Source: a virus. Taken from it: a DNA stretch of 64,000 bases. The stretch covers positions 28,943 to 92,942 of IMG/VR virus record IMGVR_UViG_3300007513_002727, one strand, 5' to 3'. The notes below the pieces were generated by a model. It was not told the origin of the DNA. It saw only the letters and a list, made by a program, of their open reading frames with translations, and did no database searches. The translations under genes were made by a program, and so were the position numbers. Below are positions 1 through 8,956 of this stretch, piece by piece. Positions within the stretch are counted from its first letter, which is position 1; the number at the start of each line of letters is the position of its first letter.

Positions 1-2
1 CA

Positions 3-587
3 TACAAAGATGTATCAGGTTCTGCTAAATTTACAGCAGACGAAACAGCACAATTTTACAACAGTATTGAAAAGTTAGAAGCACTACTTAATAATATACC
101 TCGTGACTTATCAAGTTTATTAGGACAGAACAATGACTTTGTTGGCTACTTCCAACTATATATTAATGCAATGGTCAAGCAAGGACAACTACCAACCAAT
201 GTAAATCAATTCTTGCAAGGTTTCAAACAGTTCTATATAGATAGAATGCAACAACAAATTGCAGGATTAAAAGCACAAAAGGCTTTAGCACTAAGACAAG
301 ACAAAATAAAAAATATGCCTGCATTTTTAAACAGAACCAAAAAGCCATTACAAGCGATGCTAACATTTTATAAAGCAGTACAACAAATGAAAGGCTTTAT
401 ACTTAAAAAAATGAATCAAGCAATGACCATAGGATCATTTGCACAAACAGATAATGGATTAGAAGTTACAGATCCAGAAGGATTCGTTGCTGTTGACAAG
501 GCTGGTAATGCTGTTAAACTTGTAGATAGATTAGGATTCTCAAGAAGAAACTTGACTGCTATCAAAAAATTCCAAAAAACTAATTAA
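3..587 (+). CDS. Conserved T4-like phage protein (DUF6267-like), 5'-truncated by the window edge
   Basis: Frame is open from position 3. C-terminal motif EGFVAVDKAGNAVKLVDRLGFSRRN is typical of this marine T4-like phage family. Confidence 0.65.
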   Translation, partial: YKDVSGSAKFTADETAQFYNSIEKLEALLNNIPRDLSSLLGQNNDFVGYFQLYINAMVKQGQLPTNVNQFLQGFKQFYIDRMQQQIAGLKAQKALALRQDKIKNMPAFLNRTKKPLQAMLTFYKAVQQMKGFILKKMNQAMTIGSFAQTDNGLEVTDPEGFVAVDKAGNAVKLVDRLGFSRRNLTAIKKFQKTN

Positions 588-1631
588 AGTTTTATTAATT
601 TGTTCACTTAACTTTTCTTTATTAAAAAACGTATCATAATTATGTTGTCTTAAAGCAATTGTCTGACGATATATATCGCTCCAGTCTTTTGTTTTTAAAT
701 CTTTACACAAAGAAACAATAGCATTTATTTTTTTATCTCTATCATTTTCTAAATCATATGATTCATCAAAGTAAGAACCAAATGTTTTAAAACCCATCTC
801 TCTTAATTTTTGTAGATACAAATAATTACCATGCACAACAAATACGTGTTGAGCTATAATAGGTTTCCATATTTTTTCTGTCATAAAAACTTCGTAATCA
901 TTATCGTTAGTTTCAGAAACTATTGAACAAACTGTATCAACATATGGTTGTTCAGTTATATCTTGATCCAGCCCCCACTTTGGATAGTCTTCTGGTTTTA
1001 CCCATGGTAGTTCATGTTCTTGTGTTAATCTAACTGGATTATCTAATCCTAAAAAAGTATATAAACTATTTGATAATATGTTTTCTTTTAACAATTTATT
1101 ATATAATTTAACTCTATGTTCTCTTGGTTGCTTATTCAAATATAAAAAATCATTTTTCTTATACCAGTAGCTACCAAAATGATCATGAGTAAATTTAAAC
1201 GTATGATTTAAATGCTTATGGTACATATAACTCCAGAACCAAGATACATCGCCAGTCCATATATGATGAGGATAAGGTATGTCTACTTCTTTCATTTTTT
1301 CACCAGTAACAAATATTTGAGATTTTATATTATCTAACGATTCCCACGGATTAGCTAATACAAATTTAAAACCTTGTTGATGCAAAAGTTCTAATCTATT
1401 AATTAAATCATTTTTATAACCACTATTGTCTAGAACTCTATTATTGTGTATTCTCATATCAATAAGTGCAAACTTTCTATCGTATTGTTCTAAATCATAA
1501 TTGTGTAAAGTGTAATACTCTCCTGTGTATTCAAATATTTGATCAGGTATGGAATGCGTATCAATAAACTGCTCGTATGTTTGATGAGCACCTGTTTTCA
1601 TTAAATCAGTTAGAAAGAAATTACGTTGCAT
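540..1631 (-). CDS. Glycosyltransferase-like protein (phage 'SIVSET...TEKxWKP' family)
   Basis: Motifs FLYLNKQPREHRV, CSIVSETN, FMTEKIWKPIIAQHVF and LREMGFKTF...FDESYD; converges on and overlaps the previous gene by 48 bp. Confidence 0.6.
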   Translation of the reverse strand: MQRNFFLTDLMKTGAHQTYEQFIDTHSIPDQIFEYTGEYYTLHNYDLEQYDRKFALIDMRIHNNRVLDNSGYKNDLINRLELLHQQGFKFVLANPWESLDNIKSQIFVTGEKMKEVDIPYPHHIWTGDVSWFWSYMYHKHLNHTFKFTHDHFGSYWYKKNDFLYLNKQPREHRVKLYNKLLKENILSNSLYTFLGLDNPVRLTQEHELPWVKPEDYPKWGLDQDITEQPYVDTVCSIVSETNDNDYEVFMTEKIWKPIIAQHVFVVHGNYLYLQKLREMGFKTFGSYFDESYDLENDRDKKINAIVSLCKDLKTKDWSDIYRQTIALRQHNYDTFFNKEKLSEQINKTLISFLEFFDSSQVSS

Positions 1632-1636
1632 ATACC

Positions 1637-1644
1637 TATAAATA
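1637..1644 (+). promoter_or_regulatory. T4-type late promoter TATAAATA
   Basis: Exact T4 gp55 consensus; an ATG follows 5 nt later at 1650. Confidence 0.75.
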
Positions 1645-1649
1645 TGAGT

Positions 1650-2504
1650 ATGTTAACACCCTTTTTACAGTATGTATCTGAAGCAAGAATAGTAAGACGA
1701 CAAAGCGACCTACAAAGATATACATTTCAGGAAATTACCGAACGTATATATCTTAGTTTTCTTACACTATCACTATTAAAAAACTTTAAACAAACAGCAG
1801 GATTTGTCAAATCATATGGAACGAATACTCTATCATATGGTGAATTTACTAAAGTACGAGGCACAGCGAATGACCTTCATAATATGTTGGCAATAGTAGC
1901 AGGTGATCCAAGTGTAGTTGAAAAACTTGCAAATAAAAACCAAGCTATGGCACTAAGACAAAGACAGAGCGTACCAGTATTAGCAATACGAAGATACCTT
2001 AGAAGTTTTAGCAAAGACTATGAATTTTTAACACAATTAGAATCAGCACTAGGTATTAACAATATGGATTATAAAAATTTAAGAAGAGCAATTAGTGACT
2101 ATCCTAGTTTAGATTCAAAAAGAAAACAATATACTGCAACAAGATTACTACAAGCACTAAAGGCTAAACTATCAGGTACTGACTTACAAAGACAAGCACA
2201 AATATTTGCTGACAAACAACATCTTGAATTAGATGATGTAGTAGATGCTGAACGAACAGTTCCAGGAAAAGAATTAACATCAAATGAACTAGTTGGATAC
2301 AGATTACTAGTCGGACCAAGTAATGTTAGACGTGCTAAAATTGCCGCTGATATGATACGTCAAGGTCGTGCAGTTCCTGCTCCTGTTATGTCTTCTTTCG
2401 CTCCTATAGTTAAAATGATCGATGATATAGTAAAAGGCGGTTACACATACGTTAGACTTGTACAATCTATTCATGACCGAGCAAAAACGAAGACCAAAAA
2501 ATAG
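1650..2504 (+). CDS. Hypothetical late (probably virion) protein
   Basis: Long ORF after a late promoter. Start moved to ATG 1650 (MLTPFLQYVSEAR). Confidence 0.6.
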   Translation: MLTPFLQYVSEARIVRRQSDLQRYTFQEITERIYLSFLTLSLLKNFKQTAGFVKSYGTNTLSYGEFTKVRGTANDLHNMLAIVAGDPSVVEKLANKNQAMALRQRQSVPVLAIRRYLRSFSKDYEFLTQLESALGINNMDYKNLRRAISDYPSLDSKRKQYTATRLLQALKAKLSGTDLQRQAQIFADKQHLELDDVVDAERTVPGKELTSNELVGYRLLVGPSNVRRAKIAADMIRQGRAVPAPVMSSFAPIVKMIDDIVKGGYTYVRLVQSIHDRAKTKTKK

Positions 2505-2622
2505 AACTTATTGTTTTAGATGTGCCTGTGATCCACATTGTGATAAAGACTGCAAAAATTGTGAAAAGTGTGATACTTGTGACTGTCCAAAATGTTTGCA
2601 GAGATTTGCTGTAGATAGCTGA
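2473..2622 (+). CDS. Metallothionein-like Cys-rich peptide (49 aa; not in ORF track)
   Basis: MTEQKRRPKNRTYCFRCACDPHCDKDCKNCEKCDTCDCPKCLQRFAVDS*. It has 10 Cys and 1 His in CxxC/CxC spacing and fills the whole intergenic gap. Confidence 0.75.
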   Translation: MTEQKRRPKNRTYCFRCACDPHCDKDCKNCEKCDTCDCPKCLQRFAVDS

Positions 2623-2635
2623 GTAAATATAGTAC

Positions 2636-3013
2636 ATGGCAACACCAAATAACTTTAAAATAACTAATTCAATTGGAAGTACTGATAACTTTGCAGGTCC
2701 TGACGTACAATTCTTTTATATTACATTAATAACAGCAGATGGTAGTACAGTTTTAGATGTACGTACAGAATTAGGTTACAACGAAACACTTCATAATTTA
2801 CAACGAACTATTTTACAAAGAGGTACTATATTATACCAAAGAGTTGAAAACGCCGCTACTGGTAGATTAGATATTTGTATGGAAAGACCTGGTTGGACAG
2901 CGGCAACACTTCAAACAGCAATAAGAGATATGGGTACAAGTGTTGGTACTAATACTAAAGACGTTTCTATGTCTACAGTAACCGAGACTGAACTAAAATT
3001 AGACAACTCATAA
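2636..3013 (+). CDS. Small Thr-rich virion-type protein, paralog 1 of a tandem family
   Basis: TAAATA at 2624-2629. Shares G.xx.F...IxxxGxI...TxATLQTAIR with the ORFs at 3743, 4190 and 4625. Confidence 0.65.
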   Translation: MATPNNFKITNSIGSTDNFAGPDVQFFYITLITADGSTVLDVRTELGYNETLHNLQRTILQRGTILYQRVENAATGRLDICMERPGWTAATLQTAIRDMGTSVGTNTKDVSMSTVTETELKLDNS

Positions 3014-3034
3014 TATCCTAATTAAATAACTTTA

Positions 3035-3646
3035 ATGTATCCTACAAATTATAGTTTTTGGGTGGCGTATAAACAACACCAATACAATCCTACCTTTCTC
3101 AAAGATGCTGGACCAGGTCAAGAACCACAAAGAGAAACTGCACTCAAATATGTAAAAAAATGGAATACTTGTATAGATGTTGGAAGTCAATTTGGTTTTT
3201 GGACACGACCATTACTAAAAAAATTTAAAACAGTACACTGTTTTGAACCTAATCCTTTATTTCGTGAATGCTTTTTAAAAAATATACCATTAGATAATGT
3301 AACACTACATCCATATGGATTATCTAATAATGAACACACAGCATATCAAAGTAAAGATGGTCAAGTATTAAGTATGAAAGAAGGGTCTGTACAATGCAAA
3401 ACACTTGATAGTTTCAAATTCAGTAATGTTGATTTTATTAAAATTGATGTTGATGGTTTTGAACATCAAGTTTTAATAGGTGCAAAACAGACAATTAAAA
3501 AGTTTAATCCAGTTATAAACATCGAAATGAAAAAAATGAAAAGATCTTTAACTGTTTTTAATTGTACTAATTTTTTAAAGAAAAGAGGCTATAGAATGGC
3601 CAAACGAGTCAAATCCGACGAGGTATGGGTTAAAAAAGTAATATAA
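3035..3646 (+). CDS. FkbM-family SAM-dependent methyltransferase
   Basis: Motifs CIDVGSQFG, VHCFEPNP, KTLDS and FIKIDVDGFEHQVLIGA. Confidence 0.85.
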   Translation: MYPTNYSFWVAYKQHQYNPTFLKDAGPGQEPQRETALKYVKKWNTCIDVGSQFGFWTRPLLKKFKTVHCFEPNPLFRECFLKNIPLDNVTLHPYGLSNNEHTAYQSKDGQVLSMKEGSVQCKTLDSFKFSNVDFIKIDVDGFEHQVLIGAKQTIKKFNPVINIEMKKMKRSLTVFNCTNFLKKRGYRMAKRVKSDEVWVKKVI

Positions 3647-3671
3647 CTACTAAATTTACCAAACCATTTAC

Positions 3672-3705
3672 TAAATAGAAACATACAGTCACCTGAGCGG
3701 TGACT
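3672..3705 (+). promoter_or_regulatory. Late promoter followed by a 5' stem-loop
   Basis: TAAATA at 3672-3677, then hairpin AGTCACC-TGAGC-GGTGACT (3687-3705); strong SD AAGGAGG before ATG 3743. Confidence 0.6.
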
Positions 3706-3742
3706 AAAGCCAAATAATCAGAGAATATAAGGAGGATTAAAA

Positions 3743-4162
3743 ATGGCATACGACAGCACAATACCAGCAGGCGGTCCAGGAAACTTTGTATCACCAAATC
3801 TTGCTATAGAGCATGAAGGGGTAAGAGTTGACTTTATCACTGTTGATTATATAAATGCGATGAACGGTGAGGTAACACACTCATTAGCATCGGCAAACAC
3901 AGCGGGTCTTAAATTAGCTATAGAAGCAATCCAAAACCAAGGAGTAAACGTCCTAGGTTCAGGTGCTTTAGGTAATTCAAACACTGAACAAACTTACATG
4001 GTAAGAGCGGACAGTTTAGACACGATTAGTTCAACTACAACGGTAGCGGCAATCCAAACGGCAATTAGAGGATTGGACGCCCTAACACCTGACAAAGTAA
4101 CAGCAACTATATCTTCAGCAACAGCGGCTGACAGAGATATGTCTGATACTCAGGTAGCATAA
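3743..4162 (+). CDS. Small acidic virion-type protein, paralog 2
   Basis: Strong SD. EGVRVDFITVD...IQNQGVNVLGSGALGNSNTEQTY...AAIQTAIR. Confidence 0.7.
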   Translation: MAYDSTIPAGGPGNFVSPNLAIEHEGVRVDFITVDYINAMNGEVTHSLASANTAGLKLAIEAIQNQGVNVLGSGALGNSNTEQTYMVRADSLDTISSTTTVAAIQTAIRGLDALTPDKVTATISSATAADRDMSDTQVA

Positions 4163-4189
4163 TAATATAAGTTATAGGAGGAAACTAAA

Positions 4190-4603
4190 ATGGCTTATAC
4201 AGGATCAAGTGTTGCAGGTGGAGAAGGTAACGCAACTTTTCATGCAACAAGTAAATTAGATTTCTTAGGCAAAGAACTAGAAATCTTCACTGTTGACTTT
4301 GTTGACGACATGAGTGGACAAACAGCAAAAGACGCTGACCAGTACACTGCGGAACTTACTATAAGAAATTATGGTAATATCGTAGGTGCAGGCCCACTAC
4401 ATAACTCAGACACAGAAAAAACTTACATTTCTGAAGGTACTGATATGTATGTTGGGTCACCAGCAAGTGCAGGTGGAACATTCACGTTTACTGAAACAAC
4501 AGCATCAAGTTCAACAGCAACCCTACAAACAGCTCTTAGAGCAGTTTCGGGACAAAACGCATCAACAACAGCGACTAACAAGACGCTAGTAATTGGTACG
4601 TAA
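4190..4603 (+). CDS. Small acidic virion-type protein, paralog 3
   Basis: SD AGGAGG. LGKELEIFTVD...IRNYGNIVGAGPLHNSDTEKTY...ATLQTALR. Confidence 0.7.
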   Translation: MAYTGSSVAGGEGNATFHATSKLDFLGKELEIFTVDFVDDMSGQTAKDADQYTAELTIRNYGNIVGAGPLHNSDTEKTYISEGTDMYVGSPASAGGTFTFTETTASSSTATLQTALRAVSGQNASTTATNKTLVIGT

Positions 4604-4624
4604 TATTAGAAGGAGGAATAAATT

Positions 4625-5167
4625 ATGCCAGCAACAAGTAACAATACAGGCATTATGTCTAGAAGACAATCTTTCAATGGTAAAGGTTTAACTTTCATTG
4701 AAATGATCTTTGATGACGAAATAGCAACAACGGCTTCTAGTCCTGACACTAAAGACAGTGCTTTTGAAATTTGCAGTGAAATCATCCAAGAAAAAGGAAC
4801 TTTACTAGCAAAATCTTATTCATTAGGAAACAAATGTACTGAAAAAGATGCGGCGACGGCGGCTTCAATGACTGAAGACGAATTAATCGACGTATACACT
4901 TTCATAGTAGAGGGAACACCAGGTCAGTATAATACTGCAGACTCGGCTGGAGACATTAACATGGATCCAGGTCAAGCAGACAGTTCTGACCCAGGCGTTA
5001 TTGCAGATGCAGAAGCAGACATTGAAACAGAAATTCTAGCTAGACTTTCTGAAAACGACTCTGCGGCATCAGTTCACGTTGACGTTAGATATCTTCCAGC
5101 AGATGGAGTTACATCAGCAGGTGAAGAAATCATATACGGTGTGAACAGTGCTAGAGTTAATGGTTAA
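4625..5167 (+). CDS. Acidic virion-type protein, paralog 4 (divergent)
   Basis: SD AGGAGG. NGKGLTFIEMIFD...IIQEKGTLL. Confidence 0.6.
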   Translation: MPATSNNTGIMSRRQSFNGKGLTFIEMIFDDEIATTASSPDTKDSAFEICSEIIQEKGTLLAKSYSLGNKCTEKDAATAASMTEDELIDVYTFIVEGTPGQYNTADSAGDINMDPGQADSSDPGVIADAEADIETEILARLSENDSAASVHVDVRYLPADGVTSAGEEIIYGVNSARVNG

Positions 5168-5193
5168 TAATTAACTACTAGAAATTAAATTAC

Positions 5194-5228
5194 CAAAAGG
5201 GCGGATCTTTTTTAGGTTCGCCCTTTTG
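5194..5228 (+). terminator. Rho-independent terminator
   Basis: Hairpin CAAAAGGGCGGATCT-TTTTT-AGGTTCGCCCTTTTG after the paralog operon. Confidence 0.8.
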
Positions 5229-5258
5229 TCACAATTAAATATCCAAAAGGAGTTTACA

Positions 5259-5498
5259 ATGGAAAAATTTGTAGTAGAGATATGTGTTGGAGATGAAATT
5301 GAAATTGGACGTTTTCATCTTGCTAAACAAAAAATAACAGAGATTAATTTAGACAAATGGGGTCATCCAATAGTAACTACTACTAGTGGTAGAAAAGTTG
5401 GACTATTTGCTAAAAGATTAAAGAAATTAATACCAGAAGAAGATATAAAACGAAATATAGCATTAGAAGATTACGTAGAAGAAGACAATAGAAAATAA
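5259..5498 (+). CDS. Small beta-barrel (KOW/SH3-like) hypothetical protein; paralog of 25605..25814
   Basis: SD AGGAG before ATG 5259. VGDEIEIGRF...KITEINLDKWGHPIVTT aligns with IGDKVEVGRF...KIKAIELDNNGQPVIIT. Confidence 0.65.
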   Translation: MEKFVVEICVGDEIEIGRFHLAKQKITEINLDKWGHPIVTTTSGRKVGLFAKRLKKLIPEEDIKRNIALEDYVEEDNRK

Positions 5499-6133
5499 TG
5501 CCTACACCGTTAGAAAATACTCTATCTATAATTCTAGGTCCAGAAAATTATATGAGGGAAAAAGATCCCTACATATACGATATTCCAGAATCAAACCTAT
5601 GTTGGTTACATAACTGCGGATCAGCATCTAAATCTACATTAACATGGTTAAGAAGAGACTATGGTAATATGAAAAAAATGAAGCCTGACGAATTAAAAAC
5701 AAATGAAAAACCTGCTTTTGTTTTATTACATGAACCGGAGTATAGATGGTGGAATGGTGTAATAGAATGGGGAACAAATTTTGATGACTACGCATGGTTT
5801 AAAAATGAAAAAATAATGGAATGGTGGCCACACTTTGATAGATTTACACTAGCACCATGGGAACTTATTGAACAAACTAAAGTACAACATTACATAAAAG
5901 TTAGTCCAGACTTACCTGAAAAAATGGAAAATTTTTGCAGAGAACAAAACCTAAAATTATATGGTGAATTTCCGTATAAAAAACCTAGGTGGAGAACAGT
6001 TAAGTACATAGAGAGAATGGCAAAGGCTTTAAGGCCTGCGTTGGAAACTGAGATGAGAAGAAATCCAAAGTTAAGACAAAAGTTAGATGAGTATTTAGAA
6101 AAAGACTACGAGTATTACAATAAAGCAAAATAA
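5498..6133 (+). CDS. Degenerate sulfotransferase-like protein
   Basis: LHNCGSASKST and FVLLHEPEYRWWNGVIEW echo the HIPKxASSS and VLRDPxERWxS PAPS-binding motifs, but the key residues are altered. Confidence 0.4.
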   Translation: MPTPLENTLSIILGPENYMREKDPYIYDIPESNLCWLHNCGSASKSTLTWLRRDYGNMKKMKPDELKTNEKPAFVLLHEPEYRWWNGVIEWGTNFDDYAWFKNEKIMEWWPHFDRFTLAPWELIEQTKVQHYIKVSPDLPEKMENFCREQNLKLYGEFPYKKPRWRTVKYIERMAKALRPALETEMRRNPKLRQKLDEYLEKDYEYYNKAK

Positions 6134-6603
6134 TGTACGAATTTCGTGTCCACACACTTGTTGATATAACAGATAACGGAAACTTAAAAAAAGAATTTCC
6201 TTTTAAAACAACTGGAGGTGAAGTGGTTCATGACAAAAATACTTTAACCATTGCACGACATCAAAATTCTAACTTCAATACAATGATACAATTACTTCAA
6301 ATGAGAGGTAACATTACTTGGGAGTTACCGCCTATAAGAGTAAATGAAACTCTAGGAAATAGTGCATTTGGTACTGCTTATGAAGGCAAACACATATCAT
6401 GGCACTTTACATTTTTCTCAGAACAAACAGATGTTTATGGTGAACCACAACACCCAACCGCACAACTACTTGATGACTTTCATTTAGTACCTATATTAAA
6501 TTTTTGCAAGGAAACTGCAACTTTTCCAACAGCAACTTTTATAACACAAAATTCTGAAACAATAAACACGTACTTTTCGTACGCTGGAGAAATTAATAAA
6601 TAG
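6133..6603 (+). CDS. Conserved phage hypothetical protein
   Basis: Translationally coupled ORF; motifs HTLVDIT and NFNTMIQLLQMR. Confidence 0.6.
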   Translation: MYEFRVHTLVDITDNGNLKKEFPFKTTGGEVVHDKNTLTIARHQNSNFNTMIQLLQMRGNITWELPPIRVNETLGNSAFGTAYEGKHISWHFTFFSEQTDVYGEPQHPTAQLLDDFHLVPILNFCKETATFPTATFITQNSETINTYFSYAGEINK

Positions 6604-6612
6604 TAATGATTA

Positions 6613-6646
6613 AGGCAAACACAGGCAAACATAGGCAGTTAAGGCA
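6613..6646 (+). repeat. Four AGGCA direct repeats at 10/10/9-nt spacing in a 5' leader
   Basis: AGGCAAACAC AGGCAAACAT AGGCAGTTA AGGCA(TG), starting at 6613, 6623, 6633 and 6642. Confidence 0.8.
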
Positions 6647-6945
6647 TGACACAGACAGAGTACCTAGCGGTAAAAAGAGATTTATTAAATTTAAAAAAAG
6701 AATTGGAATTTATGCCAACTGAGTTAGAAAAAACAAACCTAGAAGCACACGTTGACTTATGTAGCGAAAGATACAAAGGTCTACACGACAGATTGTCGGC
6801 GATTGAACTGCGACTAGGAAAAATGCACGATGATCAAGACAAGAATCACAAAGGTCAGACAAAAACAATTATAGCCACAGCAGGTACAGTAGTGGCAGGA
6901 TTATTATCAACAGTAGTTGTAATCCTAATGAAAATGCCTAGTTAA
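6646..6945 (+). CDS. Coiled-coil protein with a C-terminal transmembrane helix
   Basis: LEAHVDLCSERY...LSAIELRL coiled coil, then hydrophobic IIATAGTVVAGLLSTVVVILM. Confidence 0.7.
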   Translation: MTQTEYLAVKRDLLNLKKELEFMPTELEKTNLEAHVDLCSERYKGLHDRLSAIELRLGKMHDDQDKNHKGQTKTIIATAGTVVAGLLSTVVVILMKMPS

Positions 6946-6977
6946 TATAACTACTTTAAACATCAATTACCAAATAT

Positions 6978-7214
6978 ATGTTCGTACAAATAGCACCCCA
7001 TGTAAAAGTATTCCTTACCAACACCCAAGTTGAATTTGTTAACAAATACAAGGATAAAGAATCATTTCGTAGCACAGATTTATTACCAGAAGAAGTGGAA
7101 ATTGCAAGAATACTAGGAGATAAAAGTATCTTCGTAAGAAAAAAACTTGACATTGGCATACAATACGCTTTAAATAGACGTATTAGATTTGTACAAAATG
7201 CCATTAAAAAATAA
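6978..7214 (+). CDS. Hypothetical protein
   Basis: ORF in operon orientation with typical codon use. Confidence 0.6.
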   Translation: MFVQIAPHVKVFLTNTQVEFVNKYKDKESFRSTDLLPEEVEIARILGDKSIFVRKKLDIGIQYALNRRIRFVQNAIKK

Positions 7215-7701
7215 ACAAGAATTAGTAAGACAAATTGAGGCTTATGGTCTTAAAAATAAACTTGCAGAATTAGCACGTAAAGAAGTAGCAAAAAAACCAT
7301 TCCGTCATTTACCCAAGCAGTTCTCTAAAGGGATCCTTATAGGAAACATAGCAATCGTACCTAAAAAGCATACAGGCACAAGATATGTCTACGTAATAGC
7401 AGACATGATTGGGGCAAAACTACTATATGAAGATATAAACTTAAAACAAACAGCAATTCTTGTGGCACACCATTTGGCAGATAGTAAAAATCCACCTAGG
7501 GAGGTATTGGAACACGACACACATTTTGCTTCACAACTGTTTAATATAACAAGTGCTAAAGGTATGATTAAAATGGCACAAAAAGAACGTAATAATAGTA
7601 TGGAAGAGATATATACACAGCGATTAGAAGATGCACACCGATTAGCCGATGAATATAAGGGTAAAATACAAGAAATATTCCAATCTACCTTTGGTGTTTA
7701 A
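7198..7701 (+). CDS. Hypothetical protein
   Basis: ORF in operon; start taken at ATG 7198. Confidence 0.6.
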   Translation: MPLKNKQELVRQIEAYGLKNKLAELARKEVAKKPFRHLPKQFSKGILIGNIAIVPKKHTGTRYVYVIADMIGAKLLYEDINLKQTAILVAHHLADSKNPPREVLEHDTHFASQLFNITSAKGMIKMAQKERNNSMEEIYTQRLEDAHRLADEYKGKIQEIFQSTFGV

Positions 7702-7716
7702 TAACTAAATAACAAT

Positions 7717-8583
7717 ATGCAAAGCATAGAACTAACAAAACCAGTAACTACAGAGTCATTACTATCCGAGTTTGAAAGTAGATTTAATCAAACTATGGAT
7801 TTAAGCAAATTTACTAGAGAAGAGTTAGAAGATACTGCAAATAAAATTAGAACTAGAATTCACGACATTACACAAAATGAACATTTTGGACAAGAATTAA
7901 AAAATCATGACTATCAAAAAAATCAAAGTATGTTAGATATTATTAATCAATCAATTAAAGAGTATGGGTCAGACACAGCAGAAAATCCAGTTTTAAACAA
8001 AGCAACAGCACCAATCAAAGACAAACTTAGAAAAGGACAAGCATTAAGTCCAGATGAAAGAGGAGCGGCGGCAAAACTTATGGCAAGTAAAGAAGTTAAA
8101 GAAGGCGTAGAAGAACAATCAGAATTAATTTTAGCGGCTAAAGATATGATGGACAAAGTTACAGGGTATCTAGAAGATTTAGCAACAATGAAAACTGAAA
8201 GTATGTTAGAACTTGCTGATAGAATTAGAGACGAAATGGGAGCAGAAAAGTCAGATGCTTTCTTACAAAAAGTTCAACCAGCTATTGAACAAGCAGAAGC
8301 AACACTAGGAACAACAAGACAAGAACTTGACAACGGTGTAAGAATATTGACCGGCGAAGAAGTTGCATCAGACCCTATGGGTTCTGATGATTCCATGAAT
8401 ATGGACGAACCAGACACAGACCTAGGAGGAGACGTAGACCTAGGAGGAGACGCTGAAACAGATGAGTTTGGCGCTTCTGATGCAGAAGCAGGTGGAACAG
8501 AACCTGAAGGCAGAGAACAAAGAGAATCCAGAGAAGTATTTGAAACTTCAAACAGAATCTACGGCAAACTAGCAGGGAAGTAA
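7717..8583 (+). CDS. Acidic coiled-coil late protein (possible prohead core/scaffold-like)
   Basis: TAAATA at 7706-7711. Glu-rich helical protein with an acidic disordered tail. Confidence 0.55.
   Translation: MQSIELTKPVTTESLLSEFESRFNQTMDLSKFTREELEDTANKIRTRIHDITQNEHFGQELKNHDYQKNQSMLDIINQSIKEYGSDTAENPVLNKATAPIKDKLRKGQALSPDERGAAAKLMASKEVKEGVEEQSELILAAKDMMDKVTGYLEDLATMKTESMLELADRIRDEMGAEKSDAFLQKVQPAIEQAEATLGTTRQELDNGVRILTGEEVASDPMGSDDSMNMDEPDTDLGGDVDLGGDAETDEFGASDAEAGGTEPEGREQRESREVFETSNRIYGKLAGK
8418..8452 (+). repeat. In-frame tandem duplication with an 18-bp period (DLGGD x2)
   Basis: AGACCTAGGAGGAGACG occurs at 8418 and 8436. Confidence 0.8.
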
Positions 8584-8587
8584 TCCC

Positions 8588-8938
8588 ATGCGATTTTTCG
8601 AATTTAAAAATAAAGATTTAGAATCAGCATTAGTTAATACCTTAATGAATATGAAAGGTGATGCTGATAAAAAAGATCAATCATCAGAAATAAGTTTTGA
8701 TGCTGTTGACAATATAATGACTAACATAGGTTATCCATCATTCAATTATGATATTTTTAAACAGATGTATGACCAAGGTGAAGCACTAAAAAACATTGTC
8801 GCAGATTTTGATGAAGAAAAGATTGTAATTAAAACAGAACAAGACGCAGAAGCAGATCCAGAAATGGACTTTGATAATCAAGGTTCTACAGATAAAGTAA
8901 AGCAGATGGCCAAGTCTGCGATGAACCGAAGAAAATAG
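8588..8938 (+). CDS. Acidic hypothetical (probable head) protein
   Basis: Starts MRFFEF; C-terminus VKQMAKSAMNRRK. Confidence 0.6.
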   Translation: MRFFEFKNKDLESALVNTLMNMKGDADKKDQSSEISFDAVDNIMTNIGYPSFNYDIFKQMYDQGEALKNIVADFDEEKIVIKTEQDAEADPEMDFDNQGSTDKVKQMAKSAMNRRK

Positions 8939-8956
8939 CAGATAACTAACATTACA

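Noticed and set aside
6613-8452. CRISPR array or diversity-generating repeats
   Set aside because: Repeats seen are 5-bp and 17-bp units without unique spacers; no cas or reverse transcriptase gene in the window.
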